Part shown: positions 38,409 through 51,670 of the stretch, piece by piece
Numbering within the stretch: the first letter of the stretch is position 1
Layout of the letters: each line of letters starts with the position of its first letter
Assembly: GCA_026023565.1 (NCBI GenBank)
Contig: JAPETS010000041.1
Span: forward strand, 1 to 64,000
DNA: 64,000 nucleotides
Direction: 5' to 3'
DNA from: Cirrosporium novae-zelandiae
Lineage: Eukaryota
Program-made: the position numbers and the translations under genes
The notes under the pieces: model-generated
The model's database searches: none
What the model was told of the DNA's origin: nothing
The model's input: only the letters and a program-made list of their open reading frames with translations

Positions 38409-39865
38409 TTTTTGGGGAGTTTTTGTTTTTGGGGGTTTGGAGGTGGGATGGGTGGATGGATAGAGTTGAATGCTGGGTAGGTAGGTATACTTACTTTACT
38501 TGCATATATTTATACCTTATGTTATTTTTTCTTTGGTTTTGGAGGTTTAAGAGTGTATGTTTATTTGATTTGGGGAAGACGAAAAATAATTAGAAGCGAA
38601 TGTAAGTTGTGAGGTCAAAATTAAGTTGCTGATTTGAATAACAATCCCATCTCCAATAGCACATGAGGTTCACTATACAATCTAACCCAACACCCTCTCG
38701 CAATTTATTCCCTCAAGAACTCCTTGTCGCTTTTGTTCTACCATGTTCCCTGCCCGATCGTTTGCCGTGATTACTTCCTCCACGAACAACTCCACTAGTA
38801 TTGGCATCATTGCCTTCCTGAGATTTATTTTTTTTGGATTTATCTCGGACAGTTTTCTAAAGATAAGGGCTATATATCAGTAACAGTCCCTTTGAAGGGG
38901 GAAATAAATCAATAGAAAGACATACGACGATATAACCAATACACAGCATTTTGAGGGCAGCAGGAATTGCTTTCGAATAAAAGGTTAGATTTGAAGGTAG
39001 TTCTTGGGTATATAAGGTAGACAATTATATTGTAAAGGGTCTGTAGTAGGTTGTATAGCCGGGCTTTTGGTAGAAGAGTGAGGACATCTATAGCAGAGCC
39101 AAAGGCCTGATTTATATAGATTTGAGACGGTGACAGAGAAGTAGGCGCTAATACATCCCTCTATCAGCCGCATCATCTAAGATTTAGCTACATTCGCCTT
39201 TTTGGACCTCATTCAAAAATAATCTCAGCTAGAGGTCGTATTCTTCTCCAGTTTGGTCCTTTTCTGAGCATTGCTCGCGGCATGGGATGAAATAGGTTAG
39301 CGCCAAGAGATTATCTTTACTTATCAGAGAAGGCTGCGCGAGCACCCCGCCAGTAATGTTCCAATATAATTAACGCCATGAATAGATTGTTGGAAAAATC
39401 GAATCTTTGTAGGTATGATTATGTGCTTCTAAGTCCCATCTGCCTGTCTTCTTTTGCTTGAGCCTCACCGTATCTAGGCTACAAGGCTGATATTCTATTA
39501 TACCTCATGTAGGTAAATAAAACATAGATGATTACTTTCGAAAAGTAGCCATCTTAGAAACAGCCATCACTAAATGAAGGTAGGGAAGCTGATTTGTTCG
39601 TTTACTCATAGTGGCCTCTGCCTTTAAGCAGATTCTCCATCAACTTTCTTTCCACACCAAGAACCATGGCAATTTCATATACCAAAATTGTAAACTCAGT
39701 AGCCCTCACGAATAGTGCAACTAATAACGATTCCGCTTTAGTGACCCCTAGCAAAATAATCATCTTTACCTGTATGCAAACTTTACGTCGCAACTTGACT
39801 TGTCTTACTTTGTACACTTTCCATGGTCTAACCATCCTAGATCTAATAATCACAATATACCCAAT

Positions 39866-40522
39866 ATGTCAACAATGGAGGATCCCCTCAACCTTGTTCC
39901 CAAAATTCAATCCTACGTGCTTGCCTACATGTCCCAATTCGACCCATCTCATGGCTACGCACACATACAACGTGTTGTCGCTCTAGCCAAACAAATTGCA
40001 GCCCAAGAACTCATCCTCCACCCCTCCACGTCCTACAACCATCTTGTCATCCACCTAGCCGCTCTCCTCCACGACATCGGAGATAAGAAGTATCTCAAGC
40101 CAGGTGAGGACCCCACCACCATGGTATTCAACCTTCTTCAACTCCACGGTGCCTCCACCGCTCTCGGCTCCCGTGTTCAAAGCATCGTCAGTCATGTTTC
40201 ATTCTCCTCGGAAATTGCCTCTCCCACTGCTGTCAAAACTTGCCTCGATCAGAATCCTGAATTAGCTATCGTGCAAGATGCAGACCGGCTAGATGCGATC
40301 GGGGCAGTAGGTATTGGGAGGTGTTTTACGTTCACTGGAGCGAAGAGGAGGGATGATGGGATGGAGGGGGCAATTAGACATTTTGAGGAAAAATTAGAGC
40401 GGCTGGAGGGGATGATGAAGACTGATACGGGGAGGAGATTAGCAAGAGAGAGGACAGAAAGGTTGAGGATTTTTCGGGGGTGGTGGGAGGAAGAGACAGG
40501 GAGGGGAGTTGAGGTTAGGTAG
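39866..40522 (+). CDS. HD-superfamily metal-dependent phosphohydrolase (YedJ/YpgQ-like)
   Basis: DPSHGYAHIQRV, ALLHDIGDKKY, VQDADRLDAIGAVGIGRCF, HFEEKL..MKTDTGRRLARER. Confidence 0.88.
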   Translation: MSTMEDPLNLVPKIQSYVLAYMSQFDPSHGYAHIQRVVALAKQIAAQELILHPSTSYNHLVIHLAALLHDIGDKKYLKPGEDPTTMVFNLLQLHGASTALGSRVQSIVSHVSFSSEIASPTAVKTCLDQNPELAIVQDADRLDAIGAVGIGRCFTFTGAKRRDDGMEGAIRHFEEKLERLEGMMKTDTGRRLARERTERLRIFRGWWEEETGRGVEVR

Positions 40523-41946
40523 GCGAAATCTTGAGGGTGGTGCTAGACCCTGAGCTCTGTCTTCATTACCTATAATTATCGAAAATGGTTCTGGAAATGA
40601 GCGAGAGAAAACAGATGGAAAGCAAGATAGAAAGAGAATAACGTTAGAAAACCTGGTCCCTAATCTCCTTGCACCAGGACCAGAGACATTCTATGACCCT
40701 ACTCAGGCATTCACAGCTCATGTCGGGGATTACTTTCCGCGAAACAACCGATATATCACTTAGTTCACCCCAGGGAAAGGCCTTACTAGAACAACCACTT
40801 CCCCAGTATACATCTACGAGATTTCTAACCAAAATACAATCTAAAAAAAATAACACTTCAATCGAAATCGATTTAGGATATATGGATGTTTGTGGTAGTC
40901 TCCTTCGCCAACTGATGAGGTAGCTAGTTTAGTCAAGTGACCTAGTTCTGATATAGGTGCGCAAAGGAAGTATCATTGTCTAGAGTTACCTTGAGATGTT
41001 AGACATATATTTGTGATCTTGAATATTTAATTTCTATCTTATTATTGGTTTGAATGAATGGATATACATAATCACCAAGGGGAAAAGACGTGTATGGTTT
41101 TTCAACTATAGAGATTCTCTAATATTGCAATCGAACCTGAGGGACGAGGCCCTTATTAACCTTTGGCTGGTCTTCACAAGCCCAAGGAAGTCGATGGTTA
41201 CCTGTCTAGCCCAAAGATATACAATCCCTCTACACCTTCCCGACTACGTTTTCCAGACTCACCACCCCCTAAACATATAAAGGCGAAGAGATAGCGGCGA
41301 AATGGATTTATACAAGATTAATCAAGTATTTACCTAGTGACTGCGAGGACCAGCAAGACAAAGAAATTGGATTTAGGATATTTTAATTATAGAGAAGAAT
41401 AAAGGTTTTTCGGAGCTAGAGTGTTGTTTTGCGTACCCGGCGTCTGGCCTCTATATATCCTATAGGAGCTGTTTTTATAAATTATAGGAGGATTAGACAT
41501 AATAGTAATAGAATAGGGAGGCCCTTAGTTAGAAACAAGGAGCCCCTAGTTATAAGAATCGGGGGTTTAATAGATGATTGCGAGATTGTTAACTCCATGC
41601 AAGCCTATTAAAGTAATAGAGACATTCAGAAGAAATATACTTAGCTCTTGTTGATACATTTCTTGAAATAGGAAAGCCCGGAGAGAAACGTTGAATTAGT
41701 TGCGTCAACCTACTTTAACCCAAACTTTATATTAAGTGTTAAGCTTACATAAAGCGCGTAGCAGTGTTTGCACATTTTGCACTAAACTTTGGAGCTACTT
41801 TCTTCTACTACTGAACGTTTTTGCGACAAGACGGCCAATTTGTCCTTACATCGTGACATTACACGCGCCCGTGGACAATGAATCAGCAATAGACGGCACC
41901 AAATATCCTTTTCCTGAGCTTCAAAGTCGCTCGTCCCTTCACTAGG

Positions 41947-44900
41947 ATGGCTCCCCGAGTCGAAAACCGCGATACTCGACCAACAGTATCAGATCTTCAA
42001 GGCGATAATCATTGGACAGAGCTGGCCAAGAAATATTGGTTGAAGAATACAACCGTCAAGAAAGCGAGCCAGGATGTTCTTAAAATTCAGATATGGGATG
42101 CTCTCGAGGCTGAACAGTTTGCAGCTAAGTCATTACTCATCTTAGAAACTCTCCAAATACTTGAAAAGTAATATCTAGAGCTTTATTTATTATGATTGTG
42201 CAATAATTGACACTCTTTTAGATACCTCTGGCCAACTTATAATGGAGACTCCTCGAATTTTCACGTTCTATTAATCGCATTGATCGTTGATATTAAAAGA
42301 AGGGAACAACTGCCGACGTGGGGTATATTCTACTGATTCCCATTATATATGTACTTTCTAAACGATCCCAAGCTAATTAATCGCAGACCATTTCAAAGGA
42401 AAGCCCCAAGAATTTTCTTCTCTTTTCCGTCGACTCCTTTCTATGAGCTTAGACGAAAGCTTAGCGACATCAGTACGGCTACATGTGTTGTCGTTCATCA
42501 ATGGAGCTTTCGAGTCACTTGATAGTGGGATGATCCGGAAGGAGTGCGCCCCCTTAGTTTCGATATCAATATGGCATAATCTCCATGATAACAAGGCCCG
42601 CGAAACGAAATTAGAGCAAGCAAGTCCTCTAAGAAAAGCATGGCGTGCAGCTAGCAAGCGGTTTGACGGTGCCGACAAAACGAATCAAGCAAAGCTACGA
42701 TTTGATCGTTCTTGGTTATACTCTATGGTTTTAGGCTTCCTAGGTCGCCTTTACGACCCCCAAGGGAAACGCAGTGATAATGTGATGTATTGCGAACGAT
42801 TCATTGAGTTCCTCGTGACATTAGTCTCTCAATTTCAAACGAGGCGCTATGTGAATACTATGCTGCTTGACTTGAACATTTTATCTGTGATAAAGCTTTC
42901 ACCCCTTTTCGACGATGATGAAAACGGGCTCTTTAGAGATTTCTTCAGCCTCCTTCGGCATTTCGTCACCTTTCCCATGAACGATTTCACAGGTGGTCAA
43001 CTATCACCAGCAGATAATTACAACATCCATTGCCAAAACTTGGCTCGCCTTCAAAGAACAGCAATTAAACACTTCAAGGAGAAACTCACGATATTGGCAC
43101 TTTCAAATTATGCGTCCATTGATGTGCGAGAAGAGCTGCAAAACCATCTTAATGCTTTAGATGACGTCGAATTATCCCAATTATGCAATTTATTAGGCTT
43201 CAGGACGGAGTATCCTCAAACAACCCCCGTTGTGACTGATCGAAAGTTTCTCTGCGAAATCTTGATAATGGCCTTTGAGGGGAGGAAACCGTTTCAAGAA
43301 GTTGCGTCAAGTACTAGCGTCTTGCCCACAGAAGAAGCGCTCTATGAACCAGCCTTGCTACGAAATGAATCATTTGATGGCTCAAGGCCATTAGCCATAC
43401 CGAAACTTAATCTACAATATCTTACAGTTGGAGACTTTCTGTGGCGTTCCTTTATCCTGTATCGCTCGGAATCTTTCTTCGAGATCCGAAGAGATATGGA
43501 AGACGCCTTAAAGCGAATCCAACCGAAGAGTTCTCGCAACGCTTCAAATGTTCAATTTGATGGATTTTCAAAGATGGCTCTTCCAATATCAAAACCTGCC
43601 ATCCTCGAAATTGTACCGCCTAGGGTTGGCTTTGATGAACCCTCCCTTGTTCGAGCTGAAATTTCTCTGGACATAACTCATCTCGGCCCAAATGTCCGAC
43701 AAGAGTGGGATTCCCTCCGTCCAGATGACGCTGTATTCTTGCTTGCGGTTCGGTCCAGCGATGATCCATTGTTTGTGGCAAACGGTCTAACAGCTCGAAG
43801 CGAAGCAGGCAAGCACGGAATCGTTACTCTACGTGCTGCAGAGGTTTTGCAAGTTCTTAACAATGATGGTAAACCTCTCAGGGAAACACATATTGGGCAA
43901 GCCAATGGGCACGGCCCTAGACCATCGATACGCAGACTCCAACTAAAACTAGATGCTGCAATGTACAAAATAGACACTGAACTTGCTGGTCAAGGGAAGC
44001 CTGACCCATACGAGGCGATAAATCTCATTGTCCGACGGCGAGGACGGGAGAATAATTTCAAGTCCGTACTTGAATCCATAAGGTCACTGATCATATCTGA
44101 TTTTCCAATGCCTTCGTGGCTTCAAGAGGTCTTTCTAGGGTATGGAGATCCGAGTAGTGCAAATTACAAACGGTTACCTAGCAAACTTACAACTGTTAAT
44201 TTTCGGGACACTTTTCAAGATTGGCAACATCTTGTAGAGAGTCTACCGGGCAAGACAGTTGTCCCGTTTGATGCGACAAGGTCCAGCTTCGGGCCTCCTT
44301 ATGTTCTACAGAATTTCATCGACGCTGCGCCTGTGACAGAGCTCAATCCATCTAAAAAACGGCGCAGAGATCAGGTCGATACCCCTCCTCACAACCAGGA
44401 CTCGATCAAGGTATCCACGTACAAGACAGAGAACACTGGACCATATCCTACCGATGCTCCTAAACTAAATCATATACGCTTCACCCCTGCGCAGGTAGAA
44501 GCAATCACTTCGGGGACTGAGCCTGGCTTGACTGTTATCGTCGGACCTCCTGGGACTGGCAAAACCGACGTTGCTACTCAGATTATAAATAACCTTTACC
44601 ATAATTTCCCGAATGAACGGACATTGATCATTACACACAGCAACCAAGCGCTCAATCAATTATTCCAAAAGATTATATCACTTGATATAGATGAGCGACA
44701 TCTCTTGCGTTTGGGGCACGGCGAAGGGGATCTTGAAACTGAAACAAATTACAGCAAGTACGGTCGGGTTGAGTCCTTTCTTGACAATCGTGCTTTGTAC
44801 TTAACCGAAGTTGACCGCTTGGCAGCCAGTATTAGAGCGCCCGGCGCTCATGGCGGATCCTGCGAAACTGCCGGATACTTTAACCAAGTTTACATAAAGC

Positions 44901-46300
44901 CTGCTTGGACAAATTTCTGGGAAAAGGCTAGGTCACCAGAAAGCAGTATCCCTGATATCATCCAAGCTTTCCCATTCCATGCATATTTTTCAAATGCACC
45001 CCAATCCCTGTTTTCTCTAGATGCTCCTACGGAATCGTTATTGGACATCGCTGCAGGATGTGAGAAACACATGCAGAAAATCTTTTCAGAGCTTGAAGAT
45101 ATCAGACCCTTTGAGATTCTTCGAACACCAAAAGACAAAGCGAATTATCTCCTGACAAAGGAAGCGAGGATTATCGCAATGACCTCAACTCATGCTGCAA
45201 TACGAAGACAGGAGATCTCGAAACTTGGCTTTCATTATGATAGCGTTATTATGGAAGAAGCAGCTCAGGTAACAGAGATTGAGAGTTTTGTTCCATGGGC
45301 GTTGCAGAATTCAAAGAATGGTGATCTCCCTTTAAAAAGAGTTGTGCTCTGCGGAGACCACCTTCAAAACTCTCCTATCATCGAGAATCTTGCTTTCAGA
45401 CAATATGCCAACATGGAACAGAGCCTATTCCTCAGACTTGTGAGACTCGGAGTCCCCATTGTTAACCTAGACCAGCAAGGACGTGCCAGAGCCAGTATTG
45501 CTGAGCTGTACAAATGGCGTTATCACAAGCTTGGGAATCTGCCTATAGTCAAAACCGCACCGGAGTTTCTACGGGCAAATGCAGGGTTCCGCTACGACTA
45601 TCAATTCATCAATGTCCCTGATTACAAGGGAGCGGGAGAACGAGAACCGTCACCTCATTTCATCCAGAACCTCGGCGAAGCGGAATACGCCGTTGCACTA
45701 TTTCAATATATGCGTCTCCTTGGATATCCGAGCTCCAAGATTACAATTCTGACGCCATATGCCGGTCAAAAAGCCCTAATAAAAGACGTCCTGAACCATC
45801 GTTGTGCTAAGAACTATCTGTTTGGATTACCACGGTTAATTACCACGGTGGACAAATACCAAGGAGAGCAAAATGACTACGTTATCCTTTCCTTGACTCG
45901 CACTAAGCGAGTCGGGTACCTTCGGGACGTTCGACGTCTCACGGTTGCGCTATCGCGAGCTCGACTGGGTGTTTATATACTGGGTCGAAGAGATGTGTTC
46001 GAATCATGTTATGAACTTAAGCCGGCTTTTGATGTTCTATTTCAACGATCAGATAAGCTCATGCTTGTGACGAGCGAGATGTACCCCACAACCAGGCTTG
46101 TTGATGCAGACGTCGAAAGCACTCCTATGGAAAGTGTGGAGCATCTAGGACAGTATGTCTATGAAATGACCCAGGCGAAAGTGGCGGCCTTGTCGACGGA
46201 TGGAGGCACGATGGATGTGGAAACTACAAATGACGTGGTGGTGGAAGAAGATGATGAAGAGGAAATGACCAGGGAGGCGACCATGCAGGAGCTCGAATAA
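41947..46300 (+). CDS. AQR: Intron-binding RNA helicase Aquarius (Cwf11/IBP160), 3 exons
   Basis: LETLQILEK/YLWP, LAIPKLNLQYLT, VGPPGTGKTDVATQII, THSNQALNQLF, MEEAAQ, QNLGEAEYAVALFQYMRLLGYP, TVDKYQGEQND. Confidence 0.95.
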
Positions 46301-46446
46301 ACTGCTTCAGAAATCTTTTTTGTTATGCCATCTAAATATAATTCTCTGTGTTCGGGGCACAGGTTGATACCCAATAACCATGTCTGGTCTAAGTAGGAGC
46401 TTGATTATACATTGCGTTCCTCTAGTTGCATATTTCTCATTATCAA

Positions 46447-47631
46447 TTATCCCTTCTTGGGGCTTGGAGAGAGCTCCTCAACAATGTTGTTCGGGTCCTT
46501 CCATGCTTGTGCAACATATCTATTAACGAATCAACCTTAATCATATTTCTTCAAGCTTGTTTGTTTACTAACTTTGTATGGCTCCCTCTTGCAACCAGCT
46601 CGTTCTTATCGTTAAGGAACTTGATTGAAGTGTAGGCTAGCGTTCGGCCAACTGCTTACGAGTTAGCCTTGATTCACAAATGCTCTCCTTAGTAGGACCC
46701 TTATTACACTTGTCACAGGATACTTCCTGCAGTAACTTTCATTAGGCTTATTTCGCTAAACCGGTAGGATGCTTTTTAGCTTACTGCTCGTAACGTGTCT
46801 CCAATCTTTCCTCCGGGATTTAAGTAGGTAACTGTTATTTCACATGTGTAAGTGGAACATGGGTGAAGAGGGGATGGAATATTAGCACGAACCACTTAGA
46901 TCCGTGGATACCCCAGTCGAAAAAAGCCCCTTGGATGCCACAGCCAGGGAGCCACCGAGATCAACTATATAGATCATCTGGTCAAACATCCATTCAGTGA
47001 TCTGATGGTAGGAGGGCTTACCCATGCTGGCTATGGTGCCTCCATGGAGGATATTTAAACGATTCTGGTTGGTTGGTTTCGTATTAGCTACGAGGGGAGG
47101 GGGCTTTGGATAGGTGATGGGGAATATGGAAGACACACAGTATGTTCCTTTTGGATATTGAGCTCAAACTTCACGAGGCCTGGCTTGGCATGGGTGACGC
47201 GGAGCTAGGAGGAATTTCAGATATGGTATTTTTGTAGACTGTGAATAATAGGTGCGATAAACGTGTAATTTGCAGACGATTTAAAGTATCCAAATAAACC
47301 AGGAGTATACCATGAATAGAACAGCATTAATGTGGAAAGAGGTACTCAAAGAGTTATGATGAAATTAAAATATAAGGCAGCAATTTGAGTGGAATACTGC
47401 AAGACCACTTCCACCTACACCGTCAATTAATCTGTAAAAAGAGAAAATATGTATGAGCTGAATTAAATCCTTTTTTTAAAGCATTCTTCCAAAAATGCAA
47501 AATCACCTTGGCTCCAAGCCTGAAGTTGTACGGAATGATTCCCAAACCTGTTATTATAAGAGACGATCAACGGGGGGGCGATATTGTTGATGAGGTCAGC
47601 TTACTGATCTAACGAACTTCAGTGCAGGCAT
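46447..47631 (-). CDS. Hotdog-fold acyl-CoA thioesterase (PaaI/ACOT13-like), many short exons
   Basis: MPALKFVRS/VWESFRTTSGLEP/RLIDG/LRVTHAKPGLVKFELNIQKEHT/NRLNILHGGTIASM/VDLGGSLAVASKGLFSTGVSTDLS..GRTLAYTSIKF..VARGSHTK. Confidence 0.9.
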
Positions 47632-47969
47632 TGCGAATGTTTCGAGACAATGAGAGGTTCAAAATATATGAATCGATTCTGGTGAGATGAATTAAAAGGC
47701 TTTTTGTTATTTGATATATCGAGGGTAGTGATATCTAAATGCCCTTACTTTAAAGCGGCATGAGATAATGACGGAGGTATTTTCAACAAGAGAAAACAAG
47801 TAGCCGCGAATGTTGTACTAAGCGCGACGCGCCTACCTGAAGTAAGTAAATACCCGATAACGAATATATTATTCGAAGGCCCCAAGCCAGAATGATGATT
47901 GATAGGTAACGTCATTGCTCTGAAGGGTTTTTAAAGCCCTTCATAGCATCCTACCCTCCATCAACCACC

Positions 47970-49582
47970 ATGTCGATATCTTCCCTACGCTCCTTTGAGT
48001 ACCTGGAAAAGCTTCCAGGTACCGTTCTCTTCAGGCTGTACCAGCAGCCTTCAGCGGTTCTTGCGATATTTCGTCGTATGCTTCCTCCACTTGGTATGCA
48101 TGCTTTCTTTTTCTTCTTCTCCGCGTAGCCTGGATTTCGCTTGCTTATCAACAGTAGCAAAAACGTTCGTTATGGCCGTACTGTTTCTACCAGAACCGAT
48201 ATCGATGGCGGATCTGAATGCATGGGTTCGAGCAAGCAGCACACGGTGAGGAGAATACAAATACCAGGTTCTTCACTTTTTTTTGTAGACAGAGGCTTAT
48301 GAAATAAAATGAAACAAAAAGGGAGAAGGATCATGGTCTAGCATTACTTGAACAACTCCATATTTTCTTGCCGACACACCAGGATCATACTAGAGGGTAC
48401 AAATTGAGCGATGCGTTCGCCAAATCTCTGCGAATGGCTTTGACTGGTGGCGGCAATCACAATTCCTTTGGTGTACCAGATGACTCCCGAGATCCTCATC
48501 CGATTACGATACCCGACCTCGATAAATATGCAAGGAGACAATGGGAACAGGTGCTTGGGTACATGGTTGGAAGCACCAACGCCAGTCTCTCGAAAGATAG
48601 TTCCCAGGTGAGCCCGTCTGTCAGGGGACTCCTGCAGATGGGAGACTTGGTTGTGATGAAGGGCAAGAGGCCGGAGATCACAGAGGACGGGTTTGCCTTC
48701 GTTTTACAAGAAGTAAATGCACAAGTTTGGACAATTTTGATTCTCTATCTCGAGAATGCGGAAGCTGCAAGTTTAGCCCTACCAAACAATCATAAACCCA
48801 ATCCCTCTAACTTAATACAGCTTCAAATGGACCCCGTAGATGTTCTCTCTTTTCTGTTCATGCTTGGCAGTCTCGAACTCGGACAAGGCTACAGCAAAGC
48901 AAGCCTGACGGCTACCCAGAAGCAGATGCTCGATGACCTCGCTGATTATGGCATCATATACCAGCATAGTAATTCATCATCACGCTTCTATCCTACTCGT
49001 CTGGCAACAACTCTAACCTCGGACGCTGGCGCTCTCAAGAGCCTCTCTTCCGGGTTTGATAGCACACTCCGACCTGGAAATAGCAAGGGATTCATCATCA
49101 TCGAAACAAATTATCGACTCTACGCCTACACATCATCTGAGCTCGAAATAGCTGTTATTAGTCTCTTTGCCAAGCTCAGCTCCAAATACCCCAACCTTGT
49201 CACCGGAAAGATAACCCGTGAATCCATTCGTAACGCCGTTAGCATGGGTATCACTAGCGAGCAAATCATCGCATATCTCAGCACACACGCACATCCTCAG
49301 ATGCGGAAAACAAACCCCGTTCTCCCCCCTACAGTCGTAGATCAGATACGACTTTGGCAGATTGAAGGTGAGAGGATGAAGTCCACGCCGGGATTTCTCT
49401 TTAAAGATTTCAGGGATAATTACGAGTATCAGGCGTCGTGTAAAATTGCTGATGACAATGGTGTCATGGTCTATAGAAACGACGCAAAGAGACTACTCTT
49501 TGTTACGAAGGTTGAGCAGCTGCAAGCGTTCTTTAAAAAGAATAAAGAAAGAGAGAAGCAGGATAAAATGGCTGGTGCATGA
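47970..49582 (+). CDS. TFB2: TFIIH subunit Tfb2 (p52)
   Basis: YLEKLPGTVLFRLYQQPSAVLAIFRRMLP, FYPTRLAT, GFIIIETNYRLYAYTSS, PVLPPTVVDQIRLWQIE; in-frame 54-nt GC-AG intron 48767-48820. Confidence 0.95.
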
Positions 49583-50011
49583 AAATTTGATTTGCTAGAA
49601 TATTTGGCGGATGTAAAGGTAACACTTGGTGTTTGGGGGTTTATTCCTTGGGCGCAGCGATAGTAGGTTCCTGACCGTACCACGTTTCCAGTCTTGAGAA
49701 CAAAGTTTCATATCCACCTCTGTACACCTTGTTGAAAATTGTTGATTCTGATGAGGCGGGCGAATTCCCTGGCCTCAATAGAGAGAAAAAGCAGAAAAAG
49801 AAGATTCTGTATCTGTTTCAAGCCATAATAATATGCACACGTTAGTTTCCATCATTTCAGCCATGTCATCTGCAATTCCTTTTGAACTTAAAACAAATGA
49901 AGATTCGCCATCGTTGTCATGAAGTACCATTAAAGCAAAGAGTACCACCAGCCCATAAACCCCCGAATTGAATCCCGCAGAGGGAAAATACAAAGAAAGG
50001 CGGCGAAGTTT

Positions 50012-51136
50012 TCACTGATAGAAGGTCTGTCCAGTCCTTCTTCCCATTTCATACCCTTCCGAAGCAAACAAACTTTTCCTCTTTACCCGGAAACGTTCAA
50101 TAAACCCAAGTAACTCACCTCCCTGTTTTATGCCCAAGCCCCTATTACGACCCATCTTGATCTGATCCTGGAAAACTTTGAAACTCTTTCGTGCGTCATT
50201 GGTCATGCATAGGGTTTGCAGCTGCATGAAGACGCGGTGATGGCGTACTTCGTCCTCCTGAGGCTTAGCCTTCGACACATCTATGACGGGTTCTACATTC
50301 TCGATTTCTTCGGTGCGGAATTTATCGTTAAGGGAGACAAAGCGGCCTAGCCACCAGGCTGTTGGTTGAAAGCTATGAACCTATTTGCAGGTTTGTTGGT
50401 TGGCTCTGGGGGGATAGATGGATAATAAAGAATATGTAGGGGCACTCACTAGCCGCAGATTTGGATCCTTCTCGGTTGGTGACAAAGGGAGAGTCGCACA
50501 ATCGTCGATACCGTGGTCAGTTGAGTAGTTTGTTGGATCTCGGGTCAAGAAATTAGAGCCTAAGGTTTGGCTTCGTGGAAGGGTTCGTGGTAGTGAAGGT
50601 AGTGGAGGACCCAGTGGCTGCATAAGCTGCCTGAGTTTGATACTAGGTCGTGATAACTTGGACGGAGAGTCTGGGTCTGTTGGGAAGCGTTGGTACCTTG
50701 TCGGGACGGGTGTTCTCGGTATACGAGATGGGCGTGGAGGTGGGCTGCGAGGAGAGATGAAAGTGAACGGTTCCTCTTCTGGGAAGAATCGAGGCGGAAC
50801 GGGAGTAGAGATGCTCGCTCTCGTAGTCTTTCGATTCTTTCTTGTGAAGCTAGATGCTGAAGTTGAGGATTTGAGGTTGGCTAAGAAAGAATTTGGGCGT
50901 GGTAGAGCGGAGGGAGTAGTACGCTTTGGGATGGCGCCTAGGGTAATCGATGAAGATGAAGAGGTGAAGGAAGCCGAGGTCTTTCGATGTTGGAACGGGC
51001 TTGGAGTGATTGCGTTGAACGCTCTTGAAATTGAAGCCTTTCGACCTCGCTTGGCTTGTGCTGGCTCAGGCATCTCGTCAGGCGAGGTATGTAGGAGAGC
51101 CTCTTCGATGGAGAGGTCGTCGTCGTGGATAGACAT
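50012..51136 (-). CDS. Hypothetical Ser/Pro-rich protein with a conserved-looking C-terminal domain (start uncertain)
   Basis: Low-complexity ORF spliced (about 50448-50381) to VHSFQPTAWWLGRFVSLNDKFRTE..DEVRHHRVFMQLQTLCMTNDARKSF, which resembles a fungal uncharacterised C-terminal motif I recall. Confidence 0.6.
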
Positions 51137-51670
51137 CACGAGGTCTTCTAAAGGAAGTGAGGGTGGGGGGGAAGGTGTACCCAAGGTAGAACCTGGGATA
51201 TTCCGAAGTTGGTAATTTTGACCAAACAAGGTAGTAACAAACATAAAAGGCTACTTGTTCTGACTGATGGGAGGCCTCCTCAGAATCCGAATACGGATAA
51301 TTAGTGTATTAAGTCAATTTTGAATGTTTGAACGTATTCGTGGCACTTTCAAGGTAGATATACCATGAACTCTCATCAAGTTAGCTTTCTACACGAATCT
51401 AGTCATCAGATTTACGGCAGATCTCCTGAGCTTATGTTGCTTGTAAAGACTCAAGTGTGGAAATTTTATTGGTATAAATGTATTGACTTGAACCCTATAT
51501 TTATTCCAAGCTATAAACTCACCAAGGTTTAATCAAGACACATATCTGATCCTATCTTATCTATAGTCGCCTGCGCCTGCCATATCCTATTCATACCTTA
51601 ACACCTTAACATATTAGCTAACTCGTGTTACCCGATGCCCCATGATCATAAATTATCTTATACAAAGGTA

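Noticed and set aside
38920..38950. ACATACGAC resembling the 5' end of fungal 5S rRNA
   Set aside because: Similarity ends after 9 nt; no internal control boxes or 3' stem.
47207..47418. Possible snoRNA in the long thioesterase intron (also MFS intron 16201-16443)
   Set aside because: No sense-strand C/D box pair or convincing H/ACA double hairpin with an rRNA guide that I could identify.
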